The notes under the pieces were generated by a model, which was not told where the DNA came from, searched no databases, and was given only the letters and a program-made list of their open reading frames with translations. A program made the translations under genes and the position numbers. From an uncultured delta proteobacterium (GTDB taxonomy: Bacteria > Desulfobacterota > Desulfobacteria > Desulfobacterales > SG8-13): DNA of 64,000 nucleotides. Positions 18,861 through 29,416 of the stretch are shown in pieces (position 1 is the stretch's first letter; the number at the start of each line of letters is the position of its first letter). Location: NCBI GenBank assembly GCA_963848135.1, contig CAWKCK010000003.1, forward strand, positions 186,001 through 250,000. Reading direction: 5' to 3'.

Positions 18861-19642
18861 TTTTTGGCCTTCTTGTTGGACTTGTCCGGGCTCCCTTTCT
18901 GGCGGTCCTTGGGTGCGAGATAGATTCTCAAGGCCTCCTCGAGAACCATGGGGGACATGCCCTGGGCGATGCCGATGGCACCTTCCCGGACAATCTGGCG
19001 GTTTTCCTGTTCCTGTTGGCTGCGAAGAGCAAGTTTGTCGGCAATCGGCAAGCAGACGAGGTTGGCCACCAGGGCACCATAGAGGGTCGTCAGAAGAGCG
19101 ATGGCCATTGCGGGCCCGATACTGGAGGGGTCGGACATGCTGGCCAACATTTGCACCAGGCCGATCAATGTCCCGATCATCCCGAAGGCCGGTGCCGAGC
19201 TGCCCATACCCCGAAAGACGTTCTGCCCGATCATGTGGCGCTGGATCGTCTGGCGGATATCCTTGTCAAGCATATCTGAAATCAGTTTTTCATCTAACCC
19301 GTCGGACAAATAGCGAACGGCCTTGGCAGAAAAAGCATCCCCGGCCTTCTGATTCTCAAGCGCGATCAAACCTTCCTTTTTGGCAATCTTGGAAAATTCC
19401 ACCAACTTGGTTATGAGCTCTTCCGGCGAATCGAGCTTGACCATAAATGCCTTCATGACCACCTTCACCGAATTGATCACATCTTTCATCGAGAATTTGA
19501 TGAAACAGGTGGCCAGTGTACCGCCGATGACAATCAGCACACCGGGGATGTTAATGAAGATGAGGGCCGATCCACCGACGGCAACGGCCAGAATGACCAG
19601 GATCGTCCCGCCAAATAGTCCGATGATTGTCGCTATGTCCAT
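18857..19642 (-). CDS. motA: Flagellar stator A subunit, PomA-like
   Basis: MDIATIIG, KKEGLIALE, APAFGMIGTLIGLVQML, IGPAMAIALLTTLYG. Confidence 0.93.
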   Translation of the reverse strand: MDIATIIGLFGGTILVILAVAVGGSALIFINIPGVLIVIGGTLATCFIKFSMKDVINSVKVVMKAFMVKLDSPEELITKLVEFSKIAKKEGLIALENQKAGDAFSAKAVRYLSDGLDEKLISDMLDKDIRQTIQRHMIGQNVFRGMGSSAPAFGMIGTLIGLVQMLASMSDPSSIGPAMAIALLTTLYGALVANLVCLPIADKLALRSQQEQENRQIVREGAIGIAQGMSPMVLEEALRIYLAPKDRQKGSPDKSNKKAKK

Positions 19643-19707
19643 GAAATTCCTCTTGTTGCCTGCAGATCGCTAACCCTGAGAGGGTCATCCATTCGGTTCA
19701 ATAAACA

Positions 19708-19734
19708 GTATCGGTATTTCTTTGGAAAACTTAA
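19708..19734 (-). promoter_or_regulatory. sigma28 (FliA)-type promoter of motAB
   Basis: Minus strand TTAAGTTT-N11-ACCGATAC, against the consensus TAAAGTTT-N11-GCCGATAA; about 65 bp upstream of motA. Confidence 0.7.
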
Positions 19735-19781
19735 ACTCAAAACGCACCGAAAAAAACACTGCCAGGACCGTTGCAATTTAC

Positions 19782-19940
19782 CTAACTGGCTATTATTTCT
19801 CTGAATATATTTTTAAATGTCTTGTCGACGTCCGGTATGGGTTGCAGGATGTCCGGAAAAATCTTCTTAATCTGCTTCACATCCAGGACCCATCCAAAAC
19901 CCAGGGTATCGAAAAAGACAATCCCTTCCGGATTCATCAT
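19782..19940 (-). CDS. Putative 52-aa small protein (below the ORF-track cutoff)
   Basis: RBS AAAGGGAG, 8 nt spacer, then MMNPEGIVFFDTLGFGWVLDVKQIKKIFPDILQPIPDVDKTFKNIFREIIAS*. Confidence 0.55.
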   Translation of the reverse strand: MMNPEGIVFFDTLGFGWVLDVKQIKKIFPDILQPIPDVDKTFKNIFREIIAS

Positions 19941-20216
19941 CAGTATCACTCCCTTTGGTTATTTTCCCCTCTATTCATTTGAGTTGACAATTGATGCAAT
20001 GATGCAGAGGTTGCGAATTCTGTCGTATGAGTGTGTCGCACAACGACAAGTCTACCCTGGATATCGTCATCATATCGAATTTCCTTGAGTAAATTTTAAA
20101 CCGAACCGTCGAATGCAAGCAATGGCAGGAATTAACTCAATTCAAATGATCAAGGCACGTTCTGATATATGTCTTATATGGTATGTGAGGCTGGAAGGTA
20201 AAAATCATGATCATTT

Positions 20217-21551
20217 TCAAACGATGGTTTTTTGGAGCTTTTGCAGGTGAGGAGAGATCTCGACCGGATAAACTTTGCTGGCCGCCAGATCTTTGTAAGT
20301 ACCTGATAAACAGGAAAAGTTTTCCTTGAATGCCAGGCGAATATCTTCAAGAGATGGATGGGACCGAACCATATGGCCTGATTCCATGACGAGCTCAAGC
20401 AGTGCCGACCCTGTGCTGAAGGCTTCGTTACGTAAACCGATCGTGTCTTGCCGGTAAAATCCGTTCGCATTGCGACAACGAAAAACCTGTTTTTCACCAC
20501 CAAGGGTTTCTTTGCCCGAGCTCAATTTACGGACATTGCGCCGGCCGTAGCGGACCATCTTATATACGATATCCGCAGAAGGTGCATCTGCCGACACGCC
20601 AAGGTTGGTCCCGACACCAAAGGCATCAATCTTCGCTCCACCCTTCAAGGCCGCGTCAATTTTAAACTCATCGAAACCACCGCTGGCAAATATCTTAATT
20701 TCTTTGAGACCGGCTTCGTCCAGCATGTGACGCACCTGCTGGCTCAACCGATTCATATCGCCACTGTCGAGGCGTACCCCCTGGAGGGTGTGACCGTCTT
20801 TTTTCATCTGCAGTGCAACCTTGACCGCCTCGGATGCCCCCTTCAAGGTATCGAATGTGTCGATCAAAAATACCGAGTTATCTGGAAATGCAGCGGCGTA
20901 AGCCGAGAACGCGTCGAAATCGCCCCCCAGCGCCTGAACATAAGAATGCGCCATGGTCCCTGATATGGGGATGCCGTATTCTTTTCCCGCCAGGACATTG
21001 CTCGTACCGGAGAAACCGGCGATAAAGGTGCTCCGGGCAACTTTCATACCAGCATCATGCCCCTGCGTCCGCCGCAGGGAAAAATCAATCAGCTGGCGTC
21101 CTGAGGCACTGTGAATACAGCGGGCGGCTTTGGAGGCAATCAGGGTCTGAAACCCGATGGTATTGAGTAAAAATGTCTCGACGATTTGGGCCTCGATCAG
21201 CGGTGCCGTGATTTCAAGGATCGGCTCATTTGCAAAGAATATCGTCCCTTCCGGCAGAGCAAACACGTCCCCGCTAAAATGTAGCTTTTTAAGATAGGAT
21301 AGAAAATCGGCACTGAAAAGACCAGTCTGGTTTAAAAAAGCGATGTCTTCTTTCCCGAATCGCAGTGCTTCCAACTCACAAAGAGCGTCCTGAAGGCCGG
21401 TGGCAACGAAGTAATTGCGCTGCGATGGATAATTCCTGATAAAAAGGGAAAATGTGGCCGGATCAAAAAGCCGACGATCGAAGTAACCGGCGGCCATGGT
21501 CAGCTCGTAGAGATCTGTGAAAAGGGGACCAAGTCGATGGTTGACGGTCAT
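20217..21551 (-). CDS. pncB: Nicotinate phosphoribosyltransferase
   Basis: LFTDLYELTM, DFSLRR, GTSNV, GTMAHS, LIDTFD, GVRLDSGD, FGVGT. Confidence 0.96.
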   Translation of the reverse strand: MTVNHRLGPLFTDLYELTMAAGYFDRRLFDPATFSLFIRNYPSQRNYFVATGLQDALCELEALRFGKEDIAFLNQTGLFSADFLSYLKKLHFSGDVFALPEGTIFFANEPILEITAPLIEAQIVETFLLNTIGFQTLIASKAARCIHSASGRQLIDFSLRRTQGHDAGMKVARSTFIAGFSGTSNVLAGKEYGIPISGTMAHSYVQALGGDFDAFSAYAAAFPDNSVFLIDTFDTLKGASEAVKVALQMKKDGHTLQGVRLDSGDMNRLSQQVRHMLDEAGLKEIKIFASGGFDEFKIDAALKGGAKIDAFGVGTNLGVSADAPSADIVYKMVRYGRRNVRKLSSGKETLGGEKQVFRCRNANGFYRQDTIGLRNEAFSTGSALLELVMESGHMVRSHPSLEDIRLAFKENFSCLSGTYKDLAASKVYPVEISPHLQKLQKTIV

Positions 21552-21672
21552 GATACCTGTCGCTGCCGCGGAAAACAAATTAAGACTACTCTCATTGCGT
21601 CTATTCGATAAAACGCCCTGAGGATTGAATCCAAGATGCAGGTTGACTGTAAACGCTTAATCCAGGCCCGAA

Positions 21673-22194
21673 TCAAACGATATGGGCGCCGTAGAGTTGT
21701 GCCATCCGTTTGAGGCCAAAATCGTGAAATGTCTGATCGAAATCGGCCACCCCGTTGACAGCGACCGTTATACTGTAGTCTCGGTTGGCCAATCCGCCAA
21801 CCGTGTCCATCACACATATGGAAGTACAAACACCCACTACTTCGACAGCTTTCACCTTCCGATCAACCAGGATTTTATCCAGATGGGTTCCATAGAATCC
21901 ACTATATCGTTTCTTGTTCACGATCACGTCATCGGGTCCCGGTACCAGCTCCGGAATAACTTCGCTGCCCCAGGTACCGGCAACACAATGCCGTGGAAAT
22001 TTTTCAAACTCGGCGTCATTCTCGTCGTGGGCATCTTGAAGAAAAATAACCGTATCTTTCCGGCGACGGTAGTTCTCTATTTTTTGGCGAACGAACGGTA
22101 TGATATCGCGTGCGGTCTTACCACAGAATAGGGCGCCTTTTTCATCGATAAAATCATTGAGCATATCGACAACGATGAGGGCCTTGATGGTCAT
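21673..22194 (-). CDS. pncA: Nicotinamidase / isochorismatase-family cysteine hydrolase
   Basis: VVDMLNDF, DAH, HCVAGTWG, KKRYSGF, GVCTSICV; adjacent to pncB. Confidence 0.88.
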   Translation of the reverse strand: MTIKALIVVDMLNDFIDEKGALFCGKTARDIIPFVRQKIENYRRRKDTVIFLQDAHDENDAEFEKFPRHCVAGTWGSEVIPELVPGPDDVIVNKKRYSGFYGTHLDKILVDRKVKAVEVVGVCTSICVMDTVGGLANRDYSITVAVNGVADFDQTFHDFGLKRMAQLYGAHIV

Positions 22195-22335
22195 TATCGC
22201 CTCCTCAATTCAGCCTATCGTGTAAGTTCAATGAGGATAGTAACCATCAATCAGACAAATGCCAACGCAGGCAACGGTAAATCCCTCCTTCATATTTTTA
22301 CGGTATTGACCAGAGGCAAGAGGCACACCTTAGTT

Positions 22336-22483
22336 TAGTGTCCGTCCATAAATGGCCCTTTTTCCCCTGTGCGGCGTTCTCCGCGGGTCTTGATCCTCAA
22401 CGTAGCCATGCTACGCCTGCGGTCAAAACTCTTGTGCGGCCTTGCCCAGAGAAGAAATTGCTCATTTATGAATCGGACACTTA
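22336..22483. repeat. MITE/REP-like element of about 148 bp with imperfect terminal inverted repeats
   Basis: Left end TAGTGTCCGTCCATAAATG; right end CATTTATGAATCGGACACTTA; central CGTAGC-cat-GCTACG hairpin; partial copies at 40612 and 56990. Confidence 0.7.
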
Positions 22484-22669
22484 CAAATTTGCCCATCGAT
22501 TATCTCAACAATCATGGATGGGCATTAGTTTAAGTCGCTGGGCAAAAAGATCATCACGGGGGCAATCAGGATCAAGGCGGTAAACGTGTGCGGTTAACCC
22601 ATGCCATTCACCGGGACCGGGAGTTGCCGCCATACTCGCAATCGGAGAACGCAAGGTGGCAGGCAGTGG

Positions 22670-25600
22670 TCATATCGTCGCTCTTGCCCCGAGATTCCCG
22701 TATCGGTGATAAGCGTCGCAGATACTTTGGTTGACAAAATAATTGAGCAGTTCAATTCGACCGTCCATCAGCACTGGCGAGCGGGCGATATAGTAACCGG
22801 TTTGCACCGCCGCTTTGAGTACATCGGCAGGAACCCTACCGGGATCGGCATAGCGGATGCGCTGAACCCTGGGGATTGATTCGATGACGTCCCGGTCGGT
22901 TTGTACCTCTATCGCCAAGTTACCGGCCAGTTTTGATCCGTCTTCCGAACTCAGGAAGGCAACCGCCGGATGATTTAACGCCGGTTCGATGCTGACCATC
23001 AACTCGCAGCCGGAAATACGAACTGCTGCCACGCGCGCCAGCACATCGAACAGACTGTCATCAGAATGGATCCTTACCATCACTTTGCCGACCGGTAGAT
23101 AGCGCAGAATGTTATCCTGGCCACGCAAATGGAAGTAGTCGTTTTCCTGCGAAAATTCAACCACGACATGATAAAGGTAGCTTTTGATGGCCCTGACGGT
23201 CTTCCAGATATCGGCGGTTGACTCCTGAAATGCCCCCCAGTCGGCTTTACGCTGCCAGTCCTGGGCCAGCCGCAGCAAGGCATGATCCTTTTTTATGACA
23301 TCGATCCGAGGGTAACCAATCTCTTCAAACGACATGAATTGGGATACGTAGTTTGGCGAACCCGCTTTTATCCCAGGCCCTATGGCCGATTTTCCCATAC
23401 CGCCGAAAGGTTGCCGCAGAGTTACCGCTCCCGTCGTTCCCCGGTTAATGTAAAGATTACCGGCCTTGATACGTTTCCTTCCAGAAGTCCTGCTCACGGC
23501 GATCCAGGCTTTCCAGACCGGATGTCAAACCATATCCGGTGGCATTGGCCAGATCGATGGCCTGTTCGAGGGACTCGACCGGCATAACGCCCAATACCGG
23601 ACCAAATAGTTCGGTCGTGTGGGTGAAAGATCCGGGTACGACGTTCCATTTGATTCCCGGTGTCCACAGGTAGGGATTGCCGTCGAGATTGCGCGGTTTG
23701 AGAGCCCAGGATTCACCCGGTTCGAGTTGCTCGATGCCCCGCTTGAGCGCTCCGGCCGGTGGTTGTATCAGAGGGCCCATCTTGTTCTGAAAATCCCAGA
23801 CCGACCCGACATCGATACTCTCGGCAGCGTCTATGAGCTGCCGTTTAAAATGTTCATCCTCAAATACTTCTTTTTCCAGAATCAACAGGGAGGTGGCGGA
23901 ACACTTTTGTCCGCAGTTACTGAAGGCGGAATGGATAACATTCTTTATGGCTTGGTCACGGTCGGATACGGCCGTGACGATGGTGGCATTTTTCCCCCCG
24001 GTTTCCGCCGACAGGAAAAGAGCTGGTTTTTCGGACAACATGGTTAGGCCCGTATCGGTGCCACCCGTAAGAATGACGAAATCCACATCGGGATGGGTCA
24101 CCAGTTTGCGGCCGGCCTGACCACCGGAACAGGGTAAAAACTGCAGGGTATTTTTGGATACGCCCGCGCGCCAGAAACACTGGCACAGCATCCAGGCAAC
24201 CAGAACCGCATCCGAAGACGGTTTGAAAATAACGGTGTTGCCAGCGGCCAATCCGGCGACAATGCCGCCACATGGAATGGCAATCGGGAAATTCCATGGC
24301 GATACAACGCACCCGACGCCCTTGCCACGGGCAGCAATATGATCCGGCTCGATAAAATTTATTGCCGAAAAGGGATAGTATTCAGCAAAATCGATCGCCT
24401 CGGACACCTCAACGTCGGCCTCGGTGAACACCTTACCGGTGTTTGCTGCGGCCGCTCCGATCAGATCGCCCCGCGACTGCCGCAATTGTCGTGCCACCCT
24501 GGAAAGAACCGCATGACGCTCTCTGAGGGTCTTTCGACGCCACCCGTCCGGATCCTCACTTGCAATCGACACGGCCCGCGCCACATCATCGTTATTTGCC
24601 AAGGCGTAACGTGCAACGATAACGTGATCGTGATATTGCGATGAATCGATGCAATCACGAATCTGGCGATCATTGAAAAGGTGCTGGTCATCGATGACAA
24701 TGGGGATCTCTATCGGCGCATCGGAATTGCTCTTCATCCATTGAGTACGAATCGAATCGGCCCATTGGCGGTTGGCTGCCAGAGACCAGTCTGTATCCGG
24801 CTCGTTGACAAAACCATTGTCGTAGTATGTGCCTATATTGTTCCGAAATTCTTCTTTTATACGGTTTTGGGTCCGATGGGGGCGGGTACCGGCTTGATCG
24901 ATCAATCGGCAGGATTCCAGAAACTTTTCTTTTAAAAACGCCCATTCTTTGGAGTCGGGGGACAGTTTGGGCGCATAGCGCAAAAAATTTTCCGGCGCCG
25001 TATTTTCATCCAATCGCCGCACCAAATAGGCAATCGCATTGATAAATTCTTCCTTTGTAGCCACAGGGGCATATAATAGAACATCACCGGCTTTTTCAGA
25101 CAATGCCCGACGAACGTGATCGGCCATTCCTTCCAGCATTTCGAAATAGAAGTCGTCAGAAACGCGATTATGGTGCCCCAATTCATAGGCAAAAGCCAAT
25201 TCGAAGAGGTTGTGGGAGGCGATACCCAGGTTGACGGCCCGGATTCTTTCCGGATCCATTCCATAGGCCACCATGCGCTTATAATTGGCATCGACGTCCA
25301 GTTTATTATCATAGGGAGCCAGTGGCCAGTTGTTGATGGCAGCCTCGAGATGCTCCATTTCCATGTTGGCACCTTTGACAATTCGAAGTTTTATCGGACT
25401 GCCGCCGTCAGCGACTCTTTTTAGAGCCCATTGGGTCAACTGCTTTTGAATGTCATAAGAGTCCGGAAGATACGCCTGCAGTACGATACCGGCTGAGTAT
25501 TTTTTAAACTCGGGCTGGTCTAATGTGCGCTGAAAGGCTTCCTTGGTGATGTGTAAATCCCTGTATTCCTCCATGTCCAAATTGACGAATTTGGGAACCT

Positions 25601-26273
25601 GAGAACCATCGATGCGGGTATAAAAATGAGTGGCGGCGGTCCGATAGAGCAAGGAAAACCGATCGATCAGAATACGGATCGTCTGCTCCCAGGCCAAGGG
25701 GTTGATTTGCGAATAGATGGTGGAAATTTTGACTGAAATGTATTCGATGGCCGGATTCTTTAAATCGGCAGTGTATGTCGCCAAACGACGCCGGGCTTCT
25801 GTCTCACCGAGAAGCGCTTCTCCCAGGTGATTGATATTCATTCGTACGCCCTGCCTGCGGCGCCTCTCCAAATGCTCAAGCATGCTGTCGGGTTCACCGG
25901 CGATGATGGCGCGACTGCTGTTCTGGCGCATTTTGTCGATCATTTTGGGTACCGTAAAGGTCGGAAAACGCCGCCCGAGCCCCAAAAACATCTGTACGAG
26001 AAGATGGTCCACTTTGGTAAAAAAATCGGGCACACCGAACTGACGCAAGATACTGTTGACCTGATCCGCAACGCGCGCCGGGTTGTGCGAACGGAAGCTC
26101 TGGTCGATCAGTTTTGTTAAAATGACCTTATCCAAAGGGTGGGTCAACAATCGTAACATCTGCTCCTGGATACCCTTTTCTTCATGGGTCAACAGTTCGT
26201 TGGCGCGGTTCTGCCAATCCGCCGCCAATAGACATGCCGATTCAACAATCTGATCCCGCTCTTTTGCTTGCAT
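22670..26273 (-). pseudogene. putA: Bifunctional proline dehydrogenase / P5C dehydrogenase, split by one extra base (real frameshift or sequencing error)
   Basis: PRODH motifs (NLDMEEY, GIVLQAYL, RIVKGAN, IASHNLF, AYLVRRLDEN) and ALDH motifs (PWNFP, ETGGKN, GQKCSATS, ELFGP). Frame breaks at ...FWKE/RIKAGNLYINR (23474-23476). Removing one base gives a 1200-aa protein. Confidence 0.93.
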
Positions 26274-26470
26274 TGCCGTCCACATCCTTTCTATCTTTCT
26301 TCTTAACACCATAACCGCCAAAACACAGCAGATAATGAGTAAATCACCGATGCGGCATGTTTCAATCAGAAATTCGGGTAGCTGATGAAATGGGAGTGCA
26401 GGGTGCCGATGCGTGCGTCATTTCAAATGACCGGCGATTTGTATCCGCTGAGACCGTTTGCAATGGGGAT

Positions 26471-27193
26471 CTAGTCGCCCAGATACGCCTCACGAATTTT
26501 GGGGTTGTCGAGCAACTTATCGGCCCGATCTTCCAAGGTGATATTACCGGTTTCAAGAACGTAACCGCGTTCAGCTGTTTGAAGGGCCAGATTGGCGTTC
26601 TGCTCGACCAGCAAGATGGTGGTTTTTTCGTTCTGGTTAATGTCATGGATAATATCGAAGATTTTCCGGACAATGAGCGGTGCCAACCCCAAAGAAGGTT
26701 CATCCATCAACAGCAATTTCGGGCGACTCATCAGGGCACGTCCAATGGCCAACATTTGCTGTTCACCACCGGATAGGATCCCGCCCTGCTGTCTGCGTCG
26801 TTCTTCCAGGATCGGAAATAGCGCAAACACCTGCTTAAGATCTTTTTGAATCTCCGCTTTGTCCGATCGATAGAAGGCGCCCAGCGTGAGATTTTCTTCC
26901 ACCAGCAGACGCGGAAAAATCCGGCGGCCTTCGGGTATCTGGCACAGTCCCAGAGTCGGTAATGCTTCGGCCGTCAATCCTTTTATGGATTGACCGTTGT
27001 AGGTGATATCGCCTTTCTCGATCGGTACGATGCCGCTGATAGCCATCAGGGTCGTGGATTTACCGGCGCCGTTGGCTCCGATCATGGCGACAATTTCGCC
27101 GGGATATACTTTCAGGGAGACACCCTTGAGCGCCTTGATATTTCCATAGTTGCAATAGACGTCTTTCAGTTCAAGAATCGGCTGGGCCACCAT
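26471..27193 (-). CDS. livF: LIV-type ABC ATP-binding protein (second system)
   Basis: GANGAGKST, PEGRRIF, LSGGEQQML. Confidence 0.93.
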   Translation of the reverse strand: MVAQPILELKDVYCNYGNIKALKGVSLKVYPGEIVAMIGANGAGKSTTLMAISGIVPIEKGDITYNGQSIKGLTAEALPTLGLCQIPEGRRIFPRLLVEENLTLGAFYRSDKAEIQKDLKQVFALFPILEERRRQQGGILSGGEQQMLAIGRALMSRPKLLLMDEPSLGLAPLIVRKIFDIIHDINQNEKTTILLVEQNANLALQTAERGYVLETGNITLEDRADKLLDNPKIREAYLGD

Positions 27194-28420
27194 CTAATTC
27201 TCCTTCTCCTCGGACCGGGTGCCCATGCGTTTGGCCGGGATCAAGCCAGCCGGTCTGAAGAGCATCATTAGCACCATGGCCAGGCCCACCACCAGCATAC
27301 GGTAGAGCTCTAAATCACGAAACGCCTCTTGAAAAATGATCAGGACTGCGACACCGAGGATAATCCCTGGAATCGATGCCAGCCCGCCCAACACCACCAT
27401 ACAGAGTACCATGGCCGACTCGAGAAACGAAAAGCTCTCCGGGGCGACAAATCGCATGCGCGCAGCAAAGAAGGCTCCTGCCATCCCGGCAAAAACGGCT
27501 CCCATGGCATATGCCAACAGCTTCAACAGAAAGGTGTTGACACCCATCAATTCGGCGACGGTTTCATCTTCACGAATCGATTCCCAGGCCCGTCCGATTC
27601 TTGAAAAGTTGAGGCGGTAGACCGCGATCACCGTGAACACGGCCAGCGCCAGTGCCACGTAATAAAGATAATATAATTTTTTGAGGTAGAAGTATTCAAA
27701 ACTGAAACCGCCCGCGAAGCTGGGGATGTAAATAGCAGGGGCTTTGACTCCCAGAATACCGTTGGGTCCATTGGTCAGCGACATCCAATTGTTGAGAATC
27801 AACCGGACAATCTCACCAAAGGCCAGGGTCACGATGGCCAGATAATCGCCCCGCATGCGCAAGGTCGGATAACCGATGATACACCCAGCGATAGCGGCAA
27901 AAAGCGCCGCTATTGGAAGGCACATCCAAAATGACAGACCGAGTTGTGTGTTTAATATCGCATAAGTGTAAGCGCCCACACCGTAAAACGCAATGTACCC
28001 CAGATCGAGCATCCCCGCCAACCCAACGACGACATTGAGCCCCAGTCCGAGACAGATATAAATCAGCACCATAATGGCCACATCCTGGGAATAACGGCCG
28101 GTGTAGATGGGATAGGACAGGGCGAAACAGCCGACAATAACCAGCCAGATCCACGTGGGCAGTGTACCGGCATAGGCCGTCAAACGGTCGCGGATCTTGG
28201 CCACCGGGGTGGCAATACCGCTTAAGGACCCGCTCTTTTTAAGTAGATAAACAAACACGCAGATCACAACGGCAGACGCAACGTAGGTCCAGACCTTAAA
28301 CGCCTTGAAAAATGACAGCGTCCCGTCGGGATGGATGCTAAGCAGGGGCCATAGAAGCACGAAAAACCAGATGAGCCCGATAGCCATGAGTTTCCAGATT
28401 TTTTTAAATTCTTGTATCAT
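27194..28420 (-). CDS. livM: LIV-type ABC permease (second system); start approximate
   Basis: GLAGMLDLGYIAFY, LRMRGDYLAIVTLAFGEI, GRAWESIREDE. Confidence 0.92.
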   Translation of the reverse strand: MIQEFKKIWKLMAIGLIWFFVLLWPLLSIHPDGTLSFFKAFKVWTYVASAVVICVFVYLLKKSGSLSGIATPVAKIRDRLTAYAGTLPTWIWLVIVGCFALSYPIYTGRYSQDVAIMVLIYICLGLGLNVVVGLAGMLDLGYIAFYGVGAYTYAILNTQLGLSFWMCLPIAALFAAIAGCIIGYPTLRMRGDYLAIVTLAFGEIVRLILNNWMSLTNGPNGILGVKAPAIYIPSFAGGFSFEYFYLKKLYYLYYVALALAVFTVIAVYRLNFSRIGRAWESIREDETVAELMGVNTFLLKLLAYAMGAVFAGMAGAFFAARMRFVAPESFSFLESAMVLCMVVLGGLASIPGIILGVAVLIIFQEAFRDLELYRMLVVGLAMVLMMLFRPAGLIPAKRMGTRSEEKEN

Positions 28421-29315
28421 CGACATTTTCACCCATGATACCGGTCGGTTTAAAATAGAGCACCGCGATGAGAATGATAAATGCAAACACATCTTTGTAC
28501 TGGCCGGAGATATAGCCGGCGCCGAAGACCTCTACCATGCCGATCACCAATCCGCCCAGCATCGCGCCGGTGATGTTGCCGATACCGCCCAGTACGGCGG
28601 CGGCAAAGGCTTTTATGCCGGGGACAAAGCCCATGTCGTAGCGGACGGATCCGTAATAAAGGCCGACCATGATACCGGCTGCCGCCGCCAGACCGGCTCC
28701 CAGGGCAAAGGTCAGGGCAATGATTCGGTTGGCACTGATCGCCACCAGAGACGACATGACTTTATCCTGAGCCGTCGCCCGCATGGCCATGCCGATCCGG
28801 GTTTTAAACACCAGGATGTTCAATCCAACAAGGAGAATCGCGGTTAAAGCGACAATGAGGATCTGTAAAACATTGACAGTGATCAGTCCGTAGCTGAAGC
28901 CGCCCTCGGCGAATTGCAGCGGATAGGGTTTGTCGAATACCCCCTGGGTCAACATCAGACCGTTTGACAGAAAAATCGACATGCCCAGGGCCGAGACCAG
29001 GGCCGCCAGTCGTGACTGGTGTCGCAACGGTTTGTAAGCCACGCGCTCGACGGCCATTGCCAGAAATGCGCAGTAGGTCATGGTCAACACCAGCGCAAGG
29101 CCCAGGCACATCCACGGATGGGTATCCATAAATCCAATCCCCGCCAGATAACTGAGCAGGATCACACCCATGTAACCACCGGCGGCGAAAAATTCACCGT
29201 GGGCGAAATTAATCAGCTGGATCACGCCGTAGACCATGGTGTATCCGAGCGCGATCAGGGCATATAGCCCTCCTAAAGTCAGACCGTTAATAAGCTGCTG
29301 AATGAAATATTCCAT
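28404..29315 (-). CDS. livH: LIV-type ABC permease (second system)
   Basis: YALIALGYTMVYGVIQLINFAHGE, KAFAAAVLGGIG. Confidence 0.93.
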   Translation of the reverse strand: MEYFIQQLINGLTLGGLYALIALGYTMVYGVIQLINFAHGEFFAAGGYMGVILLSYLAGIGFMDTHPWMCLGLALVLTMTYCAFLAMAVERVAYKPLRHQSRLAALVSALGMSIFLSNGLMLTQGVFDKPYPLQFAEGGFSYGLITVNVLQILIVALTAILLVGLNILVFKTRIGMAMRATAQDKVMSSLVAISANRIIALTFALGAGLAAAAGIMVGLYYGSVRYDMGFVPGIKAFAAAVLGGIGNITGAMLGGLVIGMVEVFGAGYISGQYKDVFAFIILIAVLYFKPTGIMGENVDDTRI

Positions 29316-29368
29316 GGTTTATCGTCGTGTTTTTATAGAATGAGGGAGCGCTGGTTTGTAAATGCCGT

Positions 29369-29400
29369 GGTCACGGTCCGCGCTTTGTCGAACCGTGACC
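29369..29400 (-). other. Intercistronic stem-loop after the second livK
   Basis: GGTCACGG...CCGTGACC inverted repeat. Confidence 0.5.
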
Positions 29401-29416
29401 TTGGGTTAAATTGGAT

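Noticed and set aside
18039..19642. MotA/MotB-like pair as a Zorya (ZorAB) defence system
   Set aside because: The A subunit is a normal 261 aa with no long ZorA tail, there are no zorC/D/E neighbours, the motifs are PomAB-like, and a sigma28 promoter is present.
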